45,029 nucleotides of DNA from positions 1 through 45,029 of the forward strand of contig NIVC01003545.1 in NCBI GenBank assembly GCA_002269645.1, in the 5' to 3' direction. The translations under genes and the position numbers were made by a program. The stretch's first letter is position 1. Every line of letters begins with the position of its first letter. Shown here one piece after another: positions 9,389-20,142 of the stretch. The DNA is from Macrostomum lignano. Taxonomy: Eukaryota. Under the pieces are notes generated by a model, which saw only the letters and a program-made list of their open reading frames with translations, was not told the DNA's origin and searched no databases.

Positions 9389-11234
9389 TCAGAAACCAAT
9401 GCGAATGTAACCCTGGCAGGGTCGTTTGAAAGTCTCAGAGTAGCAAAACAGCTCCACTGCGCGAGCATGCAGTGACTCTGTCAGCTCGATAAGCTCCTTT
9501 TCGATCGAATCCCAATTCTTCTCGTCCTGCACCATCTCTGCAGTCTGATTCAACACATTTCTCGCATAGGCATCCAACGCATTGAATAGCGAATTGAATT
9601 CAGCGTGCACTGGTTTGGTAGCGATCACGTTCACTAAATCCAGCATTAGGCCGCGCAGATTTGTGAAGGCAGCTCGCAGTAGCTTGTCTGCATGGCCTCG
9701 CCCCACCAGGGGCTTGGCCAACTCGGTTATCTCATTGCGCAGGTTCAGCAGCTGCTCGTCGATTTCCAGGGCGTTCGGTAATTCCTTCACCAAATTCGCT
9801 TTCCGAAACATTTTCAGACTCTTCTTTGAGCTCCTGTCTTTGAGGTCACTCAGCAGCTCCTTGGATTCCACTATGCTGTGTGTACCAACTAACACGAACC
9901 AGAGTGTTCTACTGCTAGCGCACTCGGTCCATTGAGCTGGCACTCGCTCACTTAACGGAAAGCCGGGCTCAAATAGGCGCATCTGCTCCTCGGAGATTCT
10001 GCCAACTGCCTGTGCAATTTCCAGCAAGCTCGACCTCAGAAAACTCGGAACTCGACCTAACTGAACTTCAGCGAACTTGTTGGAAAGCTCCATCACTGCG
10101 GAGGCCTGTTTGAGTAGAGCAGCTGAGATGTTCTTTGACTCTAGGATTTCCGTGCTCATCTCCTTGGAGCACATTGCTTTATAGTACTGCATTAGTTGCT
10201 CAGAGCGATCGCGCCGCCTCTTGGTCTGATGACGGAAATCACTTAGCTTTCCAAGCTGTTCGTGCAACGGAATTGAGTCATTTACGAACTTCTCCAGTTT
10301 TTTGGTCAAGGATAGAACAACGCTGTCCGGGCTTCTGCTTTTCGGCGGGAATATTTGACGAATCACGAGACTCTCTTTGCTTGTTTTCGAAATCTTCTCA
10401 AGAGTATCTGCGTGCGGCTTCAGCTCCTTGCTTAGACTCGTGGCTTCACCCTTAGTTGTCAGGTCCAATTCCGGTTCTTGAATAAAAGCCGCCAGGACGT
10501 CTTCACCAGCTTTCGCTCGGTCTGCGTAAGTCAGCAACAGCTTGCATTTCTCTTTTACTGTTTCGTAGTCGATCCATCGTGTTCGTAGCACCTTCAGCGA
10601 TGCAACTATGTTCACGACGCTCTGGCTGCTAGATTTGCTCAGCCCTTGAATGAGGAGGTCCCAGTCTTGCTCTATGGAATTCATTAATTCCTTGATGTTT
10701 TTACGAGTGGATTTTATGTCACAAACAATGCAATGGAGCTCGAAGGCGAAGTCAGGAAGACACTTGGCGCGCAAAGAGAGGTCCTTTACAGCAGTCAATA
10801 CTGAACAGATTGCGTTGTTTGCTCTGTCCGGATGCCACGAACGTTTCGACTCGTCGCTCAGGCGTTTGGCAATCTCTTGCGGCTGATTCACTCTGATGTT
10901 ATAAACAGTAGCAATTTCGTTCCGCAATGACCTGCCCACAGCTGCGAAAATTCTCGCCGCAGAAAGTGTCAGAAATGGCGCATAGGCCCTGGTGTTTATC
11001 GTCTGCTGAGCCCAGTTATTCATGGCATCGGGCTTGTCAATATTTTCATCGAAGAGCGCCACCACACAGATCCGGCCATCGCCATTTGCTTCAAGCGGCA
11101 GCAGAAGGCTGATGCTGACGCCCACCGACGTGCAATTCTCGCTGGTCAGCTGTTCGTAGAAGCCTTTCTGCAGGTCTGGCTGACCCGCAGCTGCCATCCG
11201 CCTCCGCGGTTGGGCCTCCTGTTGCTCTGGTTCT
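9389..11234 (-). CDS. Exon 2 of uncharacterised ~787-aa alpha-helical protein (paralog 1), with a degenerate J-domain-like HPD segment
   Basis: 602-aa ORF that stays open 37 nt upstream to the acceptor AATCTTTCGCAG| at 11235/11234 (phase 2). The paralog is also intact. Confidence 0.85.
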
Positions 11235-11936
11235 CTGCGAAAGATTTAACTTTTCATTTTGCTTAAAGCTGCATTTTTTGCATAGACAACTGAGATAGAA
11301 GGAAATGCATTGTCTAGCAATTTGACGATCATTATTCACATTTTTAATGCAGAACAATCCATTACTGCAAGCAATGGATAAATAACCGGCGCTCGCCAGA
11401 CAATCGTTGTCACGCACTGGGACCGCTGATTATTTATCCATTGGCTGGATAGTCTAATTTAGTTCTCTAGCACTGTTTGCATCCTACGAGAAAGCATCTT
11501 CCAAGCCACAAGTTTAATGCAAAACCAGTGGAGTTATTAATGTTTTTTTAGCTTTTTTGTTTCTTAGTGTTTGTTAAAACGGTATGTTAGCATATCTCAT
11601 AATGCCTACCTACTTTTATCAGAACCCCCGCCACGCCCAACTTTTCTTCACTTCCTGCTGAAATTTTAAGCTTTCAAAGATTTCATGAAACTTCGCTAAT
11701 TTTAAGCGACATGCTACTGCTATGAAAACTTACAATTTTTTTTCCAAACTTGTACTCGTATTTAAGATATAAATTGATGTCCCGTGACAATGCCATTCGT
11801 AGCTGGATATTTTGGTGTACGTGTTTTTATGCCAAAAATTCGTCCTATATCGGGAGTGTATTTCTTTCATCCGCCAGTGATGTGAGGGCGGTTTAATTAA
11901 CTTATCAACTATAGCAAAATGACAGCTCTGCCTTGG

Positions 11937-12819
11937 CTCGCTAATGCTCACCTTTGTCTCTCTAATGCTCTCCCCGTCTCTCTAATGCTCACCTTTGTCT
12001 CTCTAATGCTCCCCCCGTCTCTCTAATGCTCTCCCCGTCTCTCTAATGCTCTCCCCGTCTCTCTAATGCTCACCTTTGTCTCTCTAATGCTCTCCCCGTC
12101 TCTCTAATGCTCACACCTTTGTCTCTCTAATGCTCTCCCCGTCTCTCTAATGCTCACCTTTGTCTCTCTAATGCTCTCCCCGTCTCTCTAATGCTCACAA
12201 TTGTCTCTCTAATGCTCTCCCCGTCTCTCTAATGCTCACCTTTGTCTCTCTAATGCTCTCCCTGTCTCTCTAATGCTCTCCCCGTCTCGCTAATGCTCTC
12301 CCCGTCTCGCTAATGCTCTCCCTGTCTCTCTAATGCTCTCCCCGTCTCTCTAATGCTCTCCCCGTCTCTCTAATGCTCACCTTTGTCTCTCTAATGCTCT
12401 CCCCGTCTCTCTAATGCTCACCTTTGTCTCTCTAATGCTCTCACTGTCTCTCTAATGCTCTCCCCGTCTCGCTAATGCTCTCCCCGTCTCGCTAATGCTC
12501 TCCCTGTCTCTCTAATGCTCTCCCCGTCTCTCTAATGCTCTCCCCGTCTCTCTAATGCTCACCTTTGTCTCTCTAATGCTCTCCCCGTCTCTCTAATGCT
12601 CACCTTTGTCTCTCTAATGCTCTCACTGTCTGTCTAATGCTCTCCCCGTCTCTCTAATGCTCTCACTGTCTCTCTAATGCTCTCCCCGTCTCTCTAATGC
12701 TCTCCCCGTCTCTCTAATGCTCACCTTTGTCTCTCTAATGCTCTCCCCGTCTCTCTAATGCTCTCCCCGTCTCTCTAATGCTCACCTTTGTCTCTCTAAT
12801 GCTCTCCCTGTCTCTAATG
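11937..12819. repeat. Satellite B array 1 (20-21 bp unit CTCTCTAATGCTCTCCCCGT / CTCACCTTTGT variant), intronic
   Basis: Tandem copies visible. This array is absent from the second duplication copy. Confidence 0.97.
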
Positions 12820-13284
12820 TTTTGCATGGACAATTGAAATAGAAGGAAATGCATTGGCCGGATAGGAAGTCTCCAGTTCTCTAGCACTGTTTGCATCCTA
12901 CGAGAAAGCATCTTCCAAGCCACAATTTTAATGCGTTTTTATAAAATGGTACCAGCGAGTTCCGGCAATATTACAGTTGTCTTGTTGGGGCATTTTTGAG
13001 CTGATTTGAACGAAACACACTCGCTTCATTTTTTGACTTGGAATGTCAAGACGGTGGAATTAGGTGAGGAGACATTGGGAGCTTAGTACTAAAACCCTGA
13101 AAATTCCCAATCTGGCCAATGCATTTTGCCATGAAGACCTGCATCCTACCCAGTAGAATTGTTACAATCGACAGTCTTTTCAAAACATAGCATAATGCAT
13201 AAAGAGTATTTTCGTATGAAACCGATTCATCAAAAAGTGCGCACTACGATTAATGCATGACTAAAACAAAAGACAAAACACAGT

Positions 13285-14818
13285 GTCTATCTCGCTAATA
13301 GTCACCCTGTCTGTCTAATGCTCTCCCTGTCTCTCTAATGCTCTCCCTGTCTCTCTAATGCTCTCCCTGTCTCTCTAATGCTCTCCCTGTCTCTCTAATG
13401 CTCTTCCTGTCTCTCTAATGCTCTCCCTGTCTCTCTAATGCTCTCCCTGTCTCTCTAATGCTCTCCCTGTCTCTCTAATGCTCTCCCTGTCTCTCTAATG
13501 CTCTCCCTGTCTCTCTAATGCTCTCCCTGTCTCTCTAATGCTCTCCCTGTCTCTCTAATGCTCTCCCTGTCTCTCTAATGCTCTCCCTGTCTCTCTAATG
13601 CTCTCCCTGTCTCTCTAATGCTCTCCCTGTCTCTCTAATGCTCTCCCTGTCTCTCTAATGCTCTCCCTGTCTCTCTAATGCTCTCCCTGTCTCTCTAATG
13701 CCCTCCCTGTCTCTCTAATGCTCTCTCTGTCTCTCTAATAGCCACCCTGTCTGTCTAATGCTCTCCCCGTCTCTCTAATGCTCTCCCTGTCTCTCTAATG
13801 CTCTCCCCGTCTCTCTAATGCCCTCCCTGTCTCTCTAATGCTCTCCCTGTCTCTCTAATGCTCTCCCGTCTCTCTAATACTCTCCCTATCTCGCTAATAG
13901 CCACCCTGTCTGTCTAATGCTCTCCCTGTCTCTCTAATGCTCTTCCTGTCTCTCTAATGCTCTCCCTGTCTCTCTAATGCTCTTCCTGTCTCTCTAATGC
14001 TCTCCCTGTCTCTCTAATGCTCTCCCTGTCTCTCTAATGCTCTCCCTGTCTCTCTAATAGCCACCCTGTCTGTCTAATGCTCTCCCTGCCTCTCTAATGC
14101 TCTCCCTGTCTCTCTAATGCTCTCCCTGTCTCTCTAATGCTCTCCCCGTCTCTCTAATGCTCTCCCTGTCTCTCTAATGCTCTCCCTGTCTCTCTAATGC
14201 TCTCCCTGTCTCTCTAATAGCCACCCTGTCTCTCTAATGCTCTCCCTGTCTCTCTAATGCTCTTCCTGTCTCTCTAATGCTCTCCCCGTCTCTCTAATGC
14301 TCTCCCTGTCTCTCTAATGCTCTCCCTGTCTCTCTAATGCTCTCCCTGTCTCTCTAATAGCCACCCTGTCTGTCTAATGCTCTCCCTGCCTCTCTAATGC
14401 TCTCCCTATCTCGCTAATAGCCACCCTGTCTGTCTAATGCTCTCCCTGTCTCTCTAATACTGTCCCTATCTCGCTAATAGCCACCCTGTCTGTCTAATGC
14501 TCTCCCTGTTTCTCTAATGCTCTCCCTGTCTCTCTAATGCTCTTCCTGTCTCTCTAATGCTCTCCCTGTCTCTCTAATACTCTCCCTATCTCGCTAATAG
14601 CCACCCTGTCTCTCTAATGCTCACCTTTGTCTCTCTAATGCTCTCCCTGTCTCTCTAATAATCTCCCTATCTCGCTAATAGCCACCCTGTCTCTCTAATG
14701 CTCACCTTTGTCTCTCTAATGCTCAGCCTGTCTCTCTAATGCTCTCCCCGTCTCTCTAATGCTCTCCCTGTCTCTCCAATGCTCTTCCCATCTCGATAAT
14801 AGTCACCCTGATTCTCTA
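13285..14818. repeat. Satellite B array 2 (20-bp unit CTCTCTAATGCTCTCCCTGT), intronic
   Basis: About 76 tandem copies, with ATAGCCACCC variants. Confidence 0.98.
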
Positions 14819-14820
14819 AC

Positions 14821-14947
14821 ACGGGCGTAGGAGCGGAGAATGTGGCGATGTATCCCCCGAACAGCCTAAAAAGTTTTTGAGAAATCAGGTTTTTCTTTAC
14901 GGATGGCCAACCCCCCCCCCTCGAGAAAATTTCAGACTACGCGCCTG
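14821..14947. mobile_element. Short element with GGCGTAG / CTACGCGCCTG inverted ends (copy 1)
   Basis: Imperfect terminal inverted repeats. The matching element in copy 2 is at 31386-31673. Confidence 0.45.
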
Positions 14948-15221
14948 ATCTCTACTGAATCTCCTTGTCTCTTCAACAAGTTAAAGGAACTTGTAGGTTG
15001 AATCTCCTATCAGACTCATAGCAGTCTCATATGCGTACTGGAATCTTGGAAGGTGAAATATTGACCATTTTTCGTGCTAAAATGTAAAAAATGAAAATCT
15101 TGCAAATGCTTTTTTATTTAGTCTTCAAAAAAATCCCGCTTGTTGTGTGCCTCTGGTTGGACAAAACATGAATGCGCATTTTATTCGGTAACGAAAGAAA
15201 AGCTTTTGGTTAAGAACTCAC

Positions 15222-15739
15222 CGTCTAGACCAGAACCTCACTGCCTCTTCGGGATACCTAGACACATCGTAGTCGAAATTTTTGACGCGGGGCGTGCAGT
15301 AGACCAGGCAGCCGTAGGCCTGGGCAGTAAAATAGTGGGTGCAGCTGGTGTCTGATTTGTTTTGTTGAATCAGAACCGTGCAGCGCGGCATCGAGCTCAA
15401 GCGGTCTCGATATGCAGTGCGGCGTTCCATGTAGTGAAACACTTTCTTGGCCTCAAGGCTCAGAGAATTGCTAAGACAAAGCTGTGGCAATTCTTTATCA
15501 GTTTTGTGATAATATCGAGTCCTGTTGATTTCCCAGCCAACTCTCTCCTGAAGACGCAAACGCTCGTGCTGGATGAAGTTGTTAGTGTCGCTGTGCCTCA
15601 AACGTCGAAGAATTTTATCGTAGGCTTCCTCAGACACATCCGGCCTTGGGTCCAGACAGTGCAGCGTTGCCTTCAGGCTGACTCTGATTTTGGCCGCTAG
15701 CCGCTCTCTTTCACTTCTCGAGGTGCGCTGCTCAGCCAT
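15222..15739 (-). CDS. Exon 1 of uncharacterised ~787-aa protein (paralog 1)
   Basis: ATG in CACCATGG context at 15739. The ORF runs into the consensus donor AGACG|GTGAGT (phase 2), which matches the phase-2 acceptor at 11234. 518+1846 = 2364 nt = 788 codons including the stop. Confidence 0.8.
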
Positions 15740-15791
15740 GGTGTGAGACTCGGGCGCCAAGCTCAGAACAGGCGGGCAGGCCTGTTTGCCG

Positions 15792-15990
15792 CTATAATAT
15801 ACCACAGTGTCTGCAGCTGGTGTCAACTTTTATTCGATCAATATTTAGAAGCACTCACGACAGCACCCTCGATTCAACTTGTACTCTGTCTGAGGCCTGC
15901 CCAACCAATCATGTTGCTCACTCATTTACTCATTCTCAGGAATGTACACAGCCAGACTTTCGGGGTTGGCCCTCATTGGTTTGAATCGTA
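15792..15990 (-). promoter_or_regulatory. Putative promoter/5' UTR: two CCAAT boxes and a possible 67-nt 5' UTR intron
   Basis: CCAAT at 15905-15909 (+) and 15975-15979 (-), both conserved in copy 2 (32642 and 32774). GTGAGT...ATTATAG spans 15858-15792 and is also conserved. Confidence 0.35.
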
Positions 15991-16209
15991 CGCCAAGCGC
16001 CCCTCCTCATTTTGGAATTGAAAATGGCTAATTGGTGCCCGACCCCAAATGTACACTCGGCAGCAGTCGAAACCGCCACCCCAGAGAATTGGCAGAGCGT
16101 TTGACTTCAGCACACTGCACTTCAATGACGCAAGGCTTTCCTGCTCTCGCTCAGGCACACGGGTGGCGGTTTTGACTATTGCTGAGTATATTCTCAGCTA
16201 TTGTTGACA

Positions 16210-16957
<748 letters not shown>

Positions 16958-17218
16958 TTGAAGTTGAAGTGAATGCGTTGCTTCAGAGCGAGTAAAATGG
17001 ACATGCGCAGCTGATAAAAGCATTTTATGATTTCTTGAATGCCGAAAAGCATTTCTAAGAAGTACCGGGATAGTGCAATTGCAATGATTATACAGATTTT
17101 GTTCCCATCCGTATAATTTACAGCCTGTTCAATTCTAATGTGTCTAAATGATATAATAGCAAGAAATCAGTCCCCATCAAGATCAGCTAACCCCCGACTC
17201 ACTGTGTGCAGACTTGAG

Positions 17219-17400
17219 AATTGAATGGGCACCCGAATCGGTGCTGCTAAATGTGTCACAATTGAATGGGCACCCGAATCGGTGCTGCTAAATGTGTCAC
17301 AATTGAATGAGAACCCGAATCGGTGCTGCTAAATGTGTCACAATTGAATGAGAACCCGAATCGGTGCTGCTAAATGTGTCACAATTGAATGAGAACCCGA
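17219..17400. repeat. 41-bp minisatellite (AATTGAATGGGCACCCGAATCGGTGCTGCTAAATGTGTCAC), ~4.4 copies
   Basis: Copies start at 17219, 17260, 17301, 17342 and 17383. Confidence 0.95.
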
Positions 17401-17497
17401 AGTAGAGTAGTAGAGAGTAAAGTAGCAGAGTAGTAGTAGAGTAGAGTAGAGTAGTAGTAGTAGCTAAAGTAGTAGACTAACTGAGTCTACTACTACT
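17401..17497. repeat. Degenerate (AGTAG/TAG)n simple repeat
   Basis: Directly visible, abutting the 3' side of the RT fragment. Confidence 0.85.
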
Positions 17498-18945
17498 AAT
17501 GCAGTCCGAGGCCAGGTAACTGCAGGGCTGCCCTCACAGAACGAAAGGCAGCCCAGGCAAGCCCGCGGCGACGCCGAAAATCCTCGCGGACGCCGGGAAC
17601 CAGACCGCCGAGGTAGACGAACTGCTGACTACGCGGAAGCTCTGTCGCCTGTCCATCAGCGCCTCGGCACAAAATCGCTGCCTCGATATCGCCCGGCACG
17701 CAGAGCACGACGGTCTTCTGCGTGTTGACCACCAGGCCGACAGTCGCCGCAACAGCAACTGGCTTGTCCAGTTGTCGCTCGGCGCCCTCGACAGTTGAGG
17801 ACAGTAGGGCGAGGTCGTCGGCGTAGCCAAGCACGCTGAGCCGCCTCTCCGGTTGACGTCGACCCACGCGTGGCAAACAGAAAGCCGTCGTCGTTGGTAA
17901 GAAGAGCGGTCCGAAACACCCTGTCAAGCACCAGAACGAACAGGAACGGCGCAAGCGTATCTCCTTGAAGCACTCCGGAGGATGTCTCAAAAAATTCCGA
18001 TAGGCCATCCGGTGTTAAAACAGCAGCTTTCGTATCATGGTACATCGCCATGATGGCGGAAATCAGCTGCTCTGACACGTTTTACGCTCGGAGCACCTTT
18101 AGGAGCACAGACCTGACGACCGAGTCGAATGCCTTCTTGAAATCTATGAAGATAACAATCAGGATCGACTGGCGTGTCCGTGCTTCCTCGATGACTCGCC
18201 GAAGAGCCAGGATCCGCGTCACAGTGCGGCGATGGGGCCGGAAGCCGTTCTGCTCAGGATGCAGGTATCCAGCACGGGCTGCAACAGCGATAGCAGCAAC
18301 CGGTTGAACAACTTCGCAGCGCAGGATTGAAGGCAGATACCTCGATGCTCCTCAAGGCTCGTGGTGCCCGGCTTCCTAGGAACTGCGACGATGTGCGCCG
18401 TGGTCCACTTTTTAGGTGCCTCCTCACCGAAGAGCACGCGATTCATCACTCTGGCCACCTCAGTGGCCACATTGGATGCGCAGCGCCTTGATGGGCACCT
18501 CGTCCGGACCACAAATACTATAATAATCCCTATAATAATCCCTATAATAAGCCCTATAATAATCCCTATATTAATCCCTATAATAATCCCTATAATAATC
18601 CCTATAATATTCCCTATAATAATTCCTATAATAATCCCTATAATAATCCCTATAGTAATCCCTATAATAATCCCTATAATAATCCCTATAATAATCCCTA
18701 TAGTAATCCCTATAATAATCCCTATAATAATCCCTATAGTAATCCCTATAATAATCCCTATAATAATCCCTATAGTAATCCCTATAATAATCCCTATAAT
18801 AATCCCTATAATAATCCCTATAATAATACCTATAGTAATCCCTATAATAATCCCTATAGTAATCCCTATAATAATCTCTATAATAATCCCTGTAATAATC
18901 CCTACAATGGTCCGGCGCAGAAGCTCGACGGGCAGCACCACAAAA
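17496..18945 (-). mobile_element. Non-LTR retrotransposon (RTE-type) reverse transcriptase fragment, frameshifted and interrupted
   Basis: Motifs across frames: PDEVPIKAL, WTTAHIVAVPRK, HRGICLQSCAAKLFNR, QNGFRP, IFIDFKKAFDSV, GVLQGDTLAPFLF, LGYADDL, FVYLG. Confidence 0.92.
18508..18911. repeat. 404-bp insert made mostly of a 12-bp minisatellite (ATAATCCCTATA)n, flanked by duplicated CCGG
   Basis: CCGG at 18504-18507 and 18912-18915. Removing the insert restores RASAPDEVP in the RT frame. Confidence 0.9.
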
Positions 18946-18960
18946 TTAAACCCAAGAGAT

Positions 18961-19081
18961 GAAGGCTTAGAAGAGGGCTGAGAGTCATGATGGGAGCTTA
19001 GCAGAGGGCTTGATGAATCTTGATGGGAGCTTAGCAGAGGGCTTGATGAATCTTGATGGGAGCTTAGCAGAGGGCTCAATG
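18961..19081. repeat. Satellite A short array
   Basis: About 4 copies of the GATGGGAGCTTAGCAGAGGGCT unit. Confidence 0.9.
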
Positions 19082-19124
19082 GCAGATTGTATAGTATTCA
19101 ACGAAGTTGCATACTATACAAGTG

Positions 19125-20142
19125 CATTGTATTTATACTTTCACTCAGCGCTCAGTCATTATTCCACACTTTTGCGGCCATTATTCCACACTTTTGCGGC
19201 CATTATTCCACACTTTTGAGGCCATTATTCCACACTTTTGCGGTCATTATTCCACACTTTTTATCATGCTTCAATTGGCTGTTTTAAGAGTTGTTTTACC
19301 CATAGACGACTGAGTTGTGTGGCTTAGTTTGACCATAGACAACACTGTGATGAGTGCTGATTTTGCTTGCGTCTTGCAAGAAATCAGGAAAGCGAGTAGT
19401 GGGAGAAAAAGCTATTTGTCTTGTCAAACAACTATGGCTGGTGCATCTCGTCAAACAGCCGAGCTTATTAATTGAAAAAATCTTCCTGTCGACGACTGAA
19501 CGAACCGTGCGACGCTACCTAGGAAGAAAACGCGACCATGCAGTCCTCAACGCCTCGACGGCTATAAGCGATGCCTCAAAGCGGCCAATCGATTCAGTCG
19601 AGCAGCCGGCAGTCCCAAAGAATCCCAGCTTGGATACTGCGGTACCAAAGAAGCTCATCAGACGAAGCTCATCAGCCGCAAGCCAACTTAACCAAGACGT
19701 GCATCTTTCAAATGGTAAGTTCGGCAACTATACTTGAGCACCTGTATTTCTCTTTCATAGAAAACATTCAACATAGACCAACTCCTTTTGCAGTGCCAAA
19801 TCATCAGGCTAGAGTGTCGAGCATCTTTGGAAACTGCGGCTTTGAGAACTGTGTATGTTTCACTTTTGGGTGACAAATTGATTTTTACATTGTCAAATTT
19901 TGACTACAAACTGATAAACTGCACTACCTGTGACATTTATTATGAACTCTTTTCGTGTAGCTGGTACTTTAGTTTCAATGATTTTTCTTTTTGTTCATTT
20001 ACTTCTTGTTGTTCTGTATTTATTAACAAAAATACTAAGCGATGGATTTTTTCAATCCAAATGTCTATGGTACACATCAAAACTGTGGAATAATGGCCAA
20101 AATATTTTTTCATTGCGTCTGGGTAAAAGTATAATTACAATG
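19125..20142 (+). mobile_element. Non-autonomous DNA-transposon-like element with imperfect long TIRs and a frameshifted HTH-containing ORF
   Basis: The left end CATTGTATTTATACTTTCACTCAG...CATTATTCCACACTTTT...CCATAGAC is mirrored by the right end GTCTATGG...AAAACTGTGGAATAATGG...GGGTAAAAGTATAATTACAATG. ATG at 19350 gives MSADF...QTAELIN, which shifts into FLSTTERTVRRYLGRKR (transposase-type HTH). A donor G|GTAAGT lies near 19714. Confidence 0.6.
19157..19261. repeat. 22-bp subterminal tandem repeat (CATTATTCCACACTTTTGCGGC), ~4.8 copies
   Basis: Directly visible. A single inverted copy lies at ~20079-20100. Confidence 0.95.

Larger units (their letters stand above)
7951..16192. repeat. Segmental duplication, copy 1 (satellite A - gene - satellite B intron - 5' exon - promoter)
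   Basis: Colinear with 20141-33102. Homology starts at satellite A / GACTTGCAGCGACCA (8525 and 23322) and ends at GAGTATATT (~16192 and ~33102). Confidence 0.95.

Noticed and set aside
9582-10886. Plus-strand ORFs of 78-118 aa repeated in both duplication copies
   Set aside because: Antisense shadows of the exon 2 coding sequence.
18219-19079. 286-aa and 206-aa ORFs with GIII/PIII repeats resembling membrane or collagen-like proteins
   Set aside because: Produced by the 12-bp minisatellite inserted in the RT fragment.
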